Positions 8,692-17,263 of a stretch of 35,234 nucleotides of DNA are shown here, in pieces. The stretch lies in assembly GCA_048938445.1 (NCBI GenBank), contig JBHLME010000037.1, positions 1 through 35,234 of the forward strand, written 5' to 3'. Origin of the DNA: Promethearchaeota archaeon (GTDB lineage Archaea > Asgardarchaeota > Lokiarchaeia > Sigyniarchaeales > SOKP01). A program made the translations under genes and the position numbers. Every line of letters starts with the position of its first letter. Within the stretch, counting starts at the first letter, position 1. A model generated the notes under the pieces. The model worked only from the letters and a program-made list of their open reading frames with translations. It ran no database searches and was not told where the DNA came from.

Positions 8692-9063
8692 CTAATTTTG
8701 ATTTTTATCTTTTATGACCTCATCTAAGATAGTGTTTAAAAATTGCGATAAGGGTTTTGCGATCTCATCTTCTTCATTAATATTTTTAAGAAAAAGGAGT
8801 GATAATACAGGGGCCTTAAGCATATTTGATGCCTTTTCGGCAATTATTTTACTTAATAATTTTTCTTTCATACCAAATAGGTTATATGATGCAGATGTTG
8901 AATTTAATCCTTCTATTGTTGGAGGACTGCTCAAGGTAACGTTCCCAATACCCATATTCTCTTGATCAGAAATAAGTAAGAGATAAGATTTATACATTTG
9001 AAAAAGTGATAAATAAATTATATGGTTATCATATGAAAAATTCTTTTTTTTTAATAGAATCAT
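8692..9063 (-). CDS. Hypothetical protein, possibly proteasome assembly chaperone 3/4 (PAC4-like) fold
   Basis: 123 aa; beta-rich N-terminus (YLLLISD..IGNVTLS), then LFG...SKIIAEKASNMLKAPVLSL, resembling the PSMG4 LLG..LAQRLARK..QVFVS pattern. Confidence 0.5.
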   Translation of the reverse strand: MILLKKKNFSYDNHIIYLSLFQMYKSYLLLISDQENMGIGNVTLSSPPTIEGLNSTSASYNLFGMKEKLLSKIIAEKASNMLKAPVLSLLFLKNINEEDEIAKPLSQFLNTILDEVIKDKNQN

Positions 9064-9098
9064 TTTTTTTTAAACATTATTATATATATAATATTTTA

Positions 9099-9902
9099 TT
9101 ACAACTTGGATTCTTTAATAGCTTCTTCTACCTCATAATCTTCATGTACTATTAAATATAAAGCTCTAACAACTTTAGAGGGATTATCTGCCTGAAATAC
9201 ATTTCTTCCATAGGCAACTCCAGCACCTCCTACTTCAAGAGATTGTTTAGTTATTTCCAAAATCCCTCTTATACCCGCTTTTTCTCCTCCTGCGATTATT
9301 ACTGGTGCCATACATCCTTCAACGACTTCTTTAAAAGAATCCGGATCTCCTGTCCAATTAGTTTTAACAATATCAACACCTAATTCTGCAGCAACACGTG
9401 CTGCTATTTTGACCACTTCTACATCATACTCATCTTTAATATTTTCTCCCCGTGGATACATCATTGCTAGTAATGGCATCCCATATTCCCTGCATTCTCG
9501 CGATACGGTACCTAAGGTTTCAAGCATTTCCGGATCTGATTTTGTACCTATATTTATATGCAAGGAAACGCCATCTGCTCCTAGTTTAACAGCCTCTAAC
9601 ACGGTATTGACCAAGACTTTATAGTTTGATTCAGGACTTAATGATGTTGAACCAGATAAGTGTATGATTAATCCTATATCTGGGCCATAACCCCTGTGAG
9701 CATAGAGGGGAATTCCAATATGGCCCAATACAGCATTAGCCCCTCCTAGAGCAATCTTATTTACTATTTCCCCCAAATCTTTATCTATGCCCTTAATAGG
9801 ACCGACAGTTAAACCATGATCCATCGGAACGATAATGGTCCTTTTATTTTCCCGGTTTATTATTCTCTCTAATCTAATTTGTTTCCCTATATAGCCCGAA
9901 AT
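9099..9902 (-). CDS. aroA': Class I aldolase (DhnA type), probably 2-amino-3,7-dideoxy-D-threo-hept-6-ulosonate synthase; true start upstream of the tracked ATG (probable ATT at 9902)
   Basis: PMDHG, GLIIHLSGSTSLSP, MMYPRG, ELGVDIVKT, IAGG, GRNVFQ. The conserved IGKQIRLERIINRENKRTIIVP reads in frame upstream of 9824; SD GAGGTG at 9915-9910. Confidence 0.85.
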   Translation of the reverse strand: MSGYIGKQIRLERIINRENKRTIIVPMDHGLTVGPIKGIDKDLGEIVNKIALGGANAVLGHIGIPLYAHRGYGPDIGLIIHLSGSTSLSPESNYKVLVNTVLEAVKLGADGVSLHINIGTKSDPEMLETLGTVSRECREYGMPLLAMMYPRGENIKDEYDVEVVKIAARVAAELGVDIVKTNWTGDPDSFKEVVEGCMAPVIIAGGEKAGIRGILEITKQSLEVGGAGVAYGRNVFQADNPSKVVRALYLIVHEDYEVEEAIKESKL

Positions 9903-9993
9903 ATATATACACCTCTTTAGTAAATACTTTTACTTCTATTCTTATTTTCAATTTTATTAATTTTAATGTTTCTTTGATTTTCATTATACCAAT

Positions 9994-11061
9994 TCATGAA
10001 GGAAAATATCCAGGAAATTCAAGACCCATCGTTTCTGGAAAATTACACATAAGATTCATACATTGAATAGCATTGCCTGCTGTTCCTTTGACCAAATTAT
10101 CAAGTGCACTTACGACTACTATTCGATTTATATTATCATCTAATTGAAATCCAACATCAACAAAGTTGGTTCCAATTATTATTTTAGGATCTGGCAATCG
10201 ATATATTCCTGTTTTTTGATTTATTAACCGCGTGAAAGGTTCGTCCTTAAAAGCGGTTCTATATGCTTTAAAAATTATTTTTTCATCAATATTCTTTGAT
10301 TCATCATAGAAAAGATGTGAAGTTGATAAAATTCCTCTTACAAGATTGACACCATGAGCAGAAAATCCAACTTTAACTTCATTGCCTTTATTCAATAATG
10401 TTAATTCTTGCTCAATTTCAGCAATGTGTCTATGTCCTGTCAATTTATATGGACGAATGCTATTTGCCCTAATAGGATGATGTGAAGCTTCGTTATGGCT
10501 AGCACCTGAACCTGAGGATCCTGTCTTGGAATCAATAATTATATTATTTACTTGAACTAATCCTTCTTTAATTAAGGGATATAATCCATAAATAGCACAA
10601 GCCGCTTGACAGCCTGCAACTGCGATTAAATTAGCTTTTTTTATTTCCTCCCTATGTAATTCTGGGATTCCGTATACTGCTTTATCAAGAAAAGCTGGGT
10701 TAACATGTTCTTTTTTATAATACTTTTTATATATCTCCTTATTTTTTATTCTAAAATCAGCACTCAGATCAATTACTTTTAATCCTACTTCGAGTAATTC
10801 TGGGACCATATCTTGTGAAACTTTATGTGGAACGGCTAAAAAAACAATATCGCATTTTTCTTTCGCTTTTTCAGTACTGAATTCTTCAAATTTAAGTTTA
10901 GAGATATTTCGAAAATTAGGATAAACAGAATGAAAATACTTTGTAATTAATTTGCGAGAAGTTACATAGTTTAAATTTACATTAGGATGAAAACTTAATA
11001 ACCTTACAGCTTCTCCTCCCGCATAACCAGTTGCTGCTATGACTCCTACATTCAATTCCAT
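9994..11061 (-). CDS. lysY: LysY/ArgC family [LysW]-aminoadipate/glutamate-phosphate reductase
   Basis: ATGYAGGE, IDLSADFR, YGIPE, AGC catalytic Cys, HHP.R..SIRPY..TGHRH.AE, RLPDPK..GTN, DNLVKGTAG (LysY-type signatures). ATG at 11061 preferred over TTG at 11070. Confidence 0.85.
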   Translation of the reverse strand: MELNVGVIAATGYAGGEAVRLLSFHPNVNLNYVTSRKLITKYFHSVYPNFRNISKLKFEEFSTEKAKEKCDIVFLAVPHKVSQDMVPELLEVGLKVIDLSADFRIKNKEIYKKYYKKEHVNPAFLDKAVYGIPELHREEIKKANLIAVAGCQAACAIYGLYPLIKEGLVQVNNIIIDSKTGSSGSGASHNEASHHPIRANSIRPYKLTGHRHIAEIEQELTLLNKGNEVKVGFSAHGVNLVRGILSTSHLFYDESKNIDEKIIFKAYRTAFKDEPFTRLINQKTGIYRLPDPKIIIGTNFVDVGFQLDDNINRIVVVSALDNLVKGTAGNAIQCMNLMCNFPETMGLEFPGYFPS

Positions 11062-11179
11062 ACAATTCAAAAATTTAAATAAAATTATAAAGTTATCTAT
11101 AAAAAATTAAGTTAAAATTATAGGAAAAAATATTTATCACTAATTTTATCACATTTTTTATACCTTACCTTACCTTAAA

Positions 11180-11803
11180 TTAAAGAGAATCCTTTGATTT
11201 ATCAGCTTGAATGAAGAAAGTTTTTGGGAATTTCATTGGAAAAATAATAAATAATAGATTAATACTTACTATTATTATCAAACAGATAAATACAAGAAAC
11301 AGAGTAAAGTCATTATTCAATAAATGAATAAATGTTAGATCTAGCATAAATATAATGCTAATTGCAGCAATAAGACAATTAAGTATCGCTAATTTCCACA
11401 AGGTTAACCGTGTAGACAACTTTTTTTGAAGTTCAATAGATATATCATAACCTTTTAATTGTTCGTAATTTTTAGTTAATTTTATCTTAAAAGATGAAAG
11501 ATTTTTTCTCCTCTTTTCAATAAAAGACCTTGGTAATCTATTTAATATTTCCTTTTTAATCTGTGCAATTTTTAAATTATCTGTCTTTTTTATATCTAAA
11601 TCAGTTATGAGGTTAAAAGACATACCTTTAAACTTTTCATCGATTATCTTCTCAACTTCTTTTGCGGTTATTTCATCCATCTCAATTGCGTTTGTTCCTT
11701 TCCAGATATAACCCGCGATACCGTCAATGATAAATACGATGTCCTCTTGAAATAATTTATTAGATAGGAGTAATCCATTATTTTTTATTTTATAAAATTC
11801 CAT
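11180..11803 (-). CDS. Putative gelsolin-like domain protein with two C-terminal transmembrane helices
   Basis: N-terminal FYKI...EDIVFIIDGIAGYIWKGTNA..DEITAKEVEKII fits the gelsolin-repeat pattern (D-x-FIxD..YxWxG-x-NA plus helix); two hydrophobic segments at about aa 137-161 and 166-189. Confidence 0.55.
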   Translation of the reverse strand: MEFYKIKNNGLLLSNKLFQEDIVFIIDGIAGYIWKGTNAIEMDEITAKEVEKIIDEKFKGMSFNLITDLDIKKTDNLKIAQIKKEILNRLPRSFIEKRRKNLSSFKIKLTKNYEQLKGYDISIELQKKLSTRLTLWKLAILNCLIAAISIIFMLDLTFIHLLNNDFTLFLVFICLIIIVSINLLFIIFPMKFPKTFFIQADKSKDSL

Positions 11804-11964
11804 TTATCTTTACTCCAATTTAAGTTATAATGTGTATTATTCGGATAAACATGTAATTAAATTTTACTAATTAGAACAAGAATATTTATCTTATCTAATA
11901 AAGATATAAAATCTCATGTTAATTTAATCCAAGTTTTAAAAAACCAAAAATATAATTAGAAAAT

Positions 11965-12600
11965 TTAGACTCCAAAAATCTGTCGTAATTCGCTATATAC
12001 TTGTGCTAGTGCTGAAATTATTTGAGCATTATTTTGATCTATATAATATTTGATATATCCTGCAAGGCCTTCACTGTCTTTTATCCAATCTAAAAAAGCT
12101 TGAATTTCTCCCTTTAATTGAGGATCCAAACTGCCACTACTTACAGAAGATCCTCCTGTTGAAGCTGAACCGCCCATCTGTTGGGCTTTTTGTCCTAATT
12201 GAGCAGTATCCTCCAAATATGTTCCTTTAGTACTCATGTCTCCTATTGTTCTTTGAACGTCCATTTGTGCACCTAATAAATTTCCATCTGGTTCTAAGTA
12301 GGCAATTAATCTTCTTTCTTCATCTTTTGCGCCAACTATGTGTCCTTCTCCCCGAATTGACGTTGCAGTAAATCCTTCTGGGGTTTGTGCAAGCATTGAA
12401 TATTTTACTCCAGAAATCATGATAAATTGAGCATTTAAAGAATTCCAACTAGACATGACTCTTCCAATATCAGGGGTAATGTCCCAGTTATCAGTAGAGT
12501 AAATAATATTGTTTCTAGGATCAATAACAGCTGCAGCAATAATGCTAGGATCTCGCTGCATCAAATTATATACCGCAGTTTCAGGATCTATACCAGGCAT
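11965..12600 (-). CDS. Asgard-type profilin with about 90-aa C-terminal extension
   Basis: IIYSTDNWD, ISGVKYSMLAQTPE, ATSIRGEGHIVG, LIAYLEPDG match recalled Loki/Odin profilin motifs (QTxNWD, GIKYSxLQxTPE, ATN..G.IVG, IAY..P.G). Confidence 0.85.
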   Translation of the reverse strand: MPGIDPETAVYNLMQRDPSIIAAAVIDPRNNIIYSTDNWDITPDIGRVMSSWNSLNAQFIMISGVKYSMLAQTPEGFTATSIRGEGHIVGAKDEERRLIAYLEPDGNLLGAQMDVQRTIGDMSTKGTYLEDTAQLGQKAQQMGGSASTGGSSVSSGSLDPQLKGEIQAFLDWIKDSEGLAGYIKYYIDQNNAQIISALAQVYSELRQIFGV

Positions 12601-12732
12601 ATTCTTACCTCATAAAAGTAATTATTATATTTTTTTATATTTTAATAACAAGATAACAACAATCTAATATTAATATAATTATAATAATCTTATAAAAAAT
12701 TTTTTAATACTCAAAATATATATAGCTTTAAT

Positions 12733-13188
12733 TTAAAATGAATCACTTTTTCTCTCTTTAACAGTAATTCTACCAAATTTTGGTCTATTTTTAAAAGGTT
12801 TTCTATTAATAATTCCTTGATTTTGTAAATAATGTTTAGATTCAAAAAAGAACTCGTGAAGATTATCACTCTTTTTTACTTGTTTTAAATGTTCTAATAC
12901 ACCACCTTCGGATTTAAACAATTTCCCACATGCGGGACAACTTGGTGATGCCTTTATTAAGATTTTATTCGGACTTTTAACTATAACAGGATATTTTTTC
13001 TTCTTATTTTTAGCTGTAATCCCCCGACAATAATGTTTTATCAATTTTCCATAAGGGGGATAATTAAAAAACAATTTACTCCCATGAGTACATTCCCAAT
13101 ATAATACTTCCGACCCACATTTCCTACAATTAGTTTTAAAAGAACGTAGATAGCAATGTTTTCCGTGTATTCTATAATTATGTCGCAT
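12733..13188 (-). CDS. Hypothetical zinc-finger protein (Zn ribbon plus C2H2-like finger)
   Basis: CRKCG..YWECTHG..HYC and CPACGKLF...LEHL. The ATG at 13188 is more plausible than 13260, whose upstream stretch is AT-rich promoter sequence. Confidence 0.65.
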   Translation of the reverse strand: MRHNYRIHGKHCYLRSFKTNCRKCGSEVLYWECTHGSKLFFNYPPYGKLIKHYCRGITAKNKKKKYPVIVKSPNKILIKASPSCPACGKLFKSEGGVLEHLKQVKKSDNLHEFFFESKHYLQNQGIINRKPFKNRPKFGRITVKERKSDSF

Positions 13189-13359
13189 CAAATAAATTAT
13201 TAAATTCATTCTATTAAAATTTTTCCTTATAATTTGAAAAAAAATAAAAAAATTATGCATTTTTTATTAATAGACAAATCTTTAAAACGCAAACATTTAA
13301 AAATGCTATTTTAATAATAGAAATTAAAGAACAGTAGTTTTATCTATAACTATGTAAAA

Positions 13360-14277
13360 ATGTCTCAAAATGATTTAAGTTATTGCATTGAATGTGGAAA
13401 TGAAAATTTAATTCATGATGAATCACGCGCCGAGCTGATTTGTGATGTATGTGGCTTAGTATTAAACCAAAAAATCATTGATTCTGGTCCAGAATGGCGA
13501 GCATTTTCTTCTGAAGAAGTTAATCGTAAAGTACGTGTTGGTGCTCCATCAACTCTAACACTACATGATAAAGGATTAAGTACTATGATTGGTTGGAAAA
13601 ATAAAGATGCTTTTGGGAAAAATATTAGTCCAAAAATGAAAGCCGAAGTTTATCGGTTAAGAAAATGGAATGTAAGAACAAGAACAAATAAATCGATTGA
13701 TAGGAATTTAGCATATGCTATGAATGAATTAGATCGCTTCTCTTCTCAAATGAATATTTCTAAAGATATTAAAGAATCTGCGGCTTATATTTACAGAAAA
13801 ATGGCAAATAAAAATCTTATTAGAGGGCGATCAATAGAAGCGATGTTAACAGCATCAATTTATCTTTCTTGCAGGCTTAATCACGTTCCTAAAACATTAG
13901 ATGATTTTTTAGAGTTTGCATCTGTAGATAAAAAAAAAATCGCTCGATGTTATAGATTGATATTACAAGAACTAAAAATGACTATTAAGGTATCATCTCC
14001 AACTAATTTTGTACCAAGATTTTGTGCTGAATTAAACTTATCTGGAAGAACTCAAAATCGAGCAGCTCTGATCTTAGAATTAGCAAAAAAGTCAAGAATT
14101 ACTGCAGGAAAAGCTCCAACAGGATTAGCTGGAGCGGCATTGTATGTTGCAGCCATCCAAGAAGGAGAAAGAAGAACACAAAAAGAAATTTCCATAGCAG
14201 CGGGAGTAACGGAAGCCACCATTCGAAATCGATATAAAGAACTAATGAAGAATTTAAATTTTCAATTAAACATTTGA
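13360..14277 (+). CDS. tfb: Transcription initiation factor IIB (TFB)
   Basis: Zn ribbon CIEC..CDVCG, B-reader IDSGPEWRAF, LHDKGLST, cyclin repeats RGRS and GKAPTG, GVTEATIRNRYKEL. Confidence 0.97.
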   Translation: MSQNDLSYCIECGNENLIHDESRAELICDVCGLVLNQKIIDSGPEWRAFSSEEVNRKVRVGAPSTLTLHDKGLSTMIGWKNKDAFGKNISPKMKAEVYRLRKWNVRTRTNKSIDRNLAYAMNELDRFSSQMNISKDIKESAAYIYRKMANKNLIRGRSIEAMLTASIYLSCRLNHVPKTLDDFLEFASVDKKKIARCYRLILQELKMTIKVSSPTNFVPRFCAELNLSGRTQNRAALILELAKKSRITAGKAPTGLAGAALYVAAIQEGERRTQKEISIAAGVTEATIRNRYKELMKNLNFQLNI

Positions 14278-14317
14278 AAATAACTATTATATTTAGAATA
14301 AAAAAAAGTTACTTACC

Positions 14318-14467
14318 TTAACGAACTTTTAAGCGCTTAATTATTTCAGGTCGTTTTTTATATAGGATTCTAAATCCACAGTGGCTACATTTAATGCCTG
14401 GAAGGGCATTTAATTCCTTTTTAGATACTTCTTTTCCACAACTTTTTCTCGCGCATACATAGCTCAT
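14318..14467 (-). CDS. rpoP: DNA-directed RNA polymerase subunit Rpo12/RpoP (49 aa, below ORF-track cutoff)
   Basis: Manual translation MSYVCARKSCGKEVSKKELNALPGIKCSHCGFRILYKKRPEIIKRLKVR*; has the CxxCG.RILYK.RP signature. Confidence 0.93.
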   Translation of the reverse strand: MSYVCARKSCGKEVSKKELNALPGIKCSHCGFRILYKKRPEIIKRLKVR

Positions 14468-14532
14468 AATATCTAATAAATATAACATCGTTAAAATATT
14501 TTATCTAAAAATAAGAGATAAATAAAGTAAAA

Positions 14533-15360
14533 TTAAATATATAATGATTTTCTTTTATCTTCTGCATCAGAAGAAACTAGTTGAAAAGTATCAAGGTCTT
14601 TTTCTAGCTGATCTCTTTTGGTTTGAAGACTTTTTGTAATACTATCTAAATTATCAAGAGAATATTTTTTCTTGATAGGCAATGCAAACGATTTTTTAAG
14701 CATCTCTAGTAAAGTTATGGATGCTCTTAAATCAGTAATGTCTTCATTAATCATGGCAACATTATCAGTTTCAGCAAGAAAAACAATTCCTTCAATCCCA
14801 AATCTTGCTTTTGCTAGCGTTGGTATGAGTCCATTAGCACCGATTATTACACCTTTTTGAATTTTTTCACAATTTTCATTTAAAATGAATTTTTCTAACA
14901 TTTCTCTATTGGTTGAACTAGTAAAAATTTTTGGTATTTTTGAAATCATTTTCCTAGTTGATACTGGATATGCTCCAAGTGCAATAACCAATGTTATTCC
15001 AAGTTCTTTAAGAATTGAAGTTATGAAAAAAGATATTCTATATATTCCTTTAGGGGTTAATGATTGAGCATCAGCAGTTATTAAAACTATATCTTTCAAT
15101 TGGTCGGGATCTTTCCAAATTAATATCTCAGCTTTAGGTGCGGAAAGAATGCTATCATCCACGATAGCTCCTGCGGGATAGTCATCAAATATAATATCCA
15201 TGTAGCTCTTGGCATTAAGTTGACCTATTAGCGAATCTAAAGCAAATTTTCCAACATCTGCAATGCCAGGCATTCCTAATATGCAAATGGGATTAATAAA
15301 ATCGGTTTTATTAAAATCGGTGTGTTTTATTATTCTAATCCCATCATCATCATCTATCAT
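14533..15360 (-). CDS. PAC2 family proteasome assembly chaperone (PbaA/PbaB-like)
   Basis: GMPGIADVGK, ITADAQ, IALGAY, GVIIGANGLI, C-terminal SLYI. Confidence 0.85.
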   Translation of the reverse strand: MIDDDDGIRIIKHTDFNKTDFINPICILGMPGIADVGKFALDSLIGQLNAKSYMDIIFDDYPAGAIVDDSILSAPKAEILIWKDPDQLKDIVLITADAQSLTPKGIYRISFFITSILKELGITLVIALGAYPVSTRKMISKIPKIFTSSTNREMLEKFILNENCEKIQKGVIIGANGLIPTLAKARFGIEGIVFLAETDNVAMINEDITDLRASITLLEMLKKSFALPIKKKYSLDNLDSITKSLQTKRDQLEKDLDTFQLVSSDAEDKRKSLYI

Positions 15361-15568
15361 TTTTCTAGTACGAATTATGTAAGTAAGTTATTATTATGAT
15401 GATTTTTTTTTCTTCTTTTATAATCATGTATTATCCCCGTGAGAGTGCTATAACAGTAATTTATACACGAATACACGGATAACACTTTTTACCAATTATT
15501 TATTCTATTAACCATAATTTTAAGTATATTGATAATCATATCATCTTTAAATTTTCTAATGATTATAA

Positions 15569-16180
15569 ATGGATGACTTAAAGTATGGATGTCTAAAATG
15601 TGGTACATGTTGTCATGAAATTCCCGGTTCTCCTGGTGCAAAACGAATACCCTTATATCCAGAAGAAGTAGATCGATTAATAGAAATTGCAAAAGAGAGA
15701 GGAATTGAATTTGCAGTAAGAGAGGATTTAGTGTTTCCTGACGAGATGAATAAAAAAATTCTAATTTTAACTTATCGCATCATTCTTAAACCTCTTGGAC
15801 ATTGTCCCTTTTTTAATTCAAATGAAGGTTGTTCTATTCACGATAAAAAACCATTTGCATGTAAAGCTTATCCCTTGTCTTTAAAAAGCTTAGATGCATT
15901 TAAGTTTGAAATAACTATTGATCCTCTATGCAATTTTGTAATTTTTAATTATGATGCTTTAAAGGACATCAAAATTGATGATTTAAAATCGATTTTTTTT
16001 GATGAATATCCTAAAGCTGAAAAATTCTTTCGAAAAAATAAAAAATTACAATTTAAAATTAAAAAACTTGAAGCGGAAAAAAAAATTAAGATTACTCGTA
16101 GTATTTCTTTAGAAGATTTTAATAAAGCTTTAGAAACATGGGAAAGGGATGAAATAAGAGCAGAACTTAAACAAGATTAA
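15569..16180 (+). CDS. YkgJ-type cysteine-cluster (CxxCxxCC) protein
   Basis: CLKCGTCC, CPFF, CSIHDKKPFACKAYP. Confidence 0.85.
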   Translation: MDDLKYGCLKCGTCCHEIPGSPGAKRIPLYPEEVDRLIEIAKERGIEFAVREDLVFPDEMNKKILILTYRIILKPLGHCPFFNSNEGCSIHDKKPFACKAYPLSLKSLDAFKFEITIDPLCNFVIFNYDALKDIKIDDLKSIFFDEYPKAEKFFRKNKKLQFKIKKLEAEKKIKITRSISLEDFNKALETWERDEIRAELKQD

Positions 16181-16187
16181 ATTTAAG

Positions 16188-16832
16188 GTGATTAAAATTA
16201 ATTCGTTCATATCACTCCTTTCAGGTGGTTTAGATAGTCCAGTGGCTCTCTATTTAATGGCAAAAAGAGGCTTAAAACCAATTTGTTTGTCGTTTTTAAC
16301 ATCCGATGATAGTTCCCATTCAATGAAGAATAAAATTATCAATATTCTCCAAGGTCTAACACTCCATACTGATTATAAATTAAAAGTTTATTTCATTGAT
16401 CATGATTATAGTTTATCAAATTATATACAAAAATGTGACCGAAAACTCACATGTGTATTATGTAAAAGGTTAATGTTAAGAATTGCAAAAGAGATTGGGA
16501 AGAAAGAAGGAACCAATCTTATTGTAACAGGAGACATTTTAGGTGAGCAAGCAAGTCAAACCCTTGACAACTTATATGCTTATAATGACATTATTAATGA
16601 TCATGTTATATTAAGGCCTTTAATTGGATTTAATAAAGAAGATGTCATTAAAATTAACAAAAAACTAGGATTATATGACATAATTTCTCAAAAATCTGCT
16701 GGTTGTCAATATAATCCCCAATATCCTGAAACACATGCAAAAAAAAATGAGATCTTTGATGGAGAGTCTAAAATTAACATTGAGTCTTTAATTAAAAAAG
16801 CATTAGATAGAGCTATTATATTAGAAATATAA
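16188..16832 (+). CDS. thiI: ThiI-like tRNA sulfurtransferase, catalytic PP-loop domain only (no THUMP)
   Basis: SGGLDS, CVLCKR.M, TGD.LGEQASQTL, RPLIG..K, late Cys; 214 aa. Confidence 0.8.
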   Translation: MIKINSFISLLSGGLDSPVALYLMAKRGLKPICLSFLTSDDSSHSMKNKIINILQGLTLHTDYKLKVYFIDHDYSLSNYIQKCDRKLTCVLCKRLMLRIAKEIGKKEGTNLIVTGDILGEQASQTLDNLYAYNDIINDHVILRPLIGFNKEDVIKINKKLGLYDIISQKSAGCQYNPQYPETHAKKNEIFDGESKINIESLIKKALDRAIILEI

Positions 16833-17222
16833 TTTCAAATCCTCGATATAATTATAAAATTCTTTATCTTTCAATTCAACTATATTGTAGTTGTCTAATG
16901 CTTCACATATTGTTTGTGCTAAAATATGCTTGCAAAATTGACGTTTTTTTTCAATTACAACTCTTTTATAGAAATCCCAACAAGAACAATATAATTTTGG
17001 ATAAATTAAGTAAATTTTTTTATTATCTTTTTTAGTAGGAACAGTCCATATATTTTTTTTTGAAGGATAAAACGTATATTTAGAAAAACCTCGCTCTATT
17101 ACCTCTAAAACGTCATTTATTCTTTCTGAAAATAAAGAATCCAAGTACTTTATTAATTCATCGTCGAGGAATCCTTTATCTTTCACTTTATTATATATTG
17201 TTAATAATAAATCTTTTGACAT
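16821..17222 (-). CDS. SWIM zinc-finger protein
   Basis: YCSCWDF...CKHILA. The ATG at 17222 avoids overlap with the divergent glycosyltransferase. Confidence 0.8.
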   Translation of the reverse strand: MSKDLLLTIYNKVKDKGFLDDELIKYLDSLFSERINDVLEVIERGFSKYTFYPSKKNIWTVPTKKDNKKIYLIYPKLYCSCWDFYKRVVIEKKRQFCKHILAQTICEALDNYNIVELKDKEFYNYIEDLKLYF

Positions 17223-17263
17223 ATGTTTCTTATATATAATTAAATTGGATATATAAAAAGAAT

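Noticed and set aside
15428-15485. Hairpin as a SECIS element
   Set aside because: It lies 5' of both flanking genes, helix geometry fits poorly, and no in-frame TGA selenoprotein was seen nearby.
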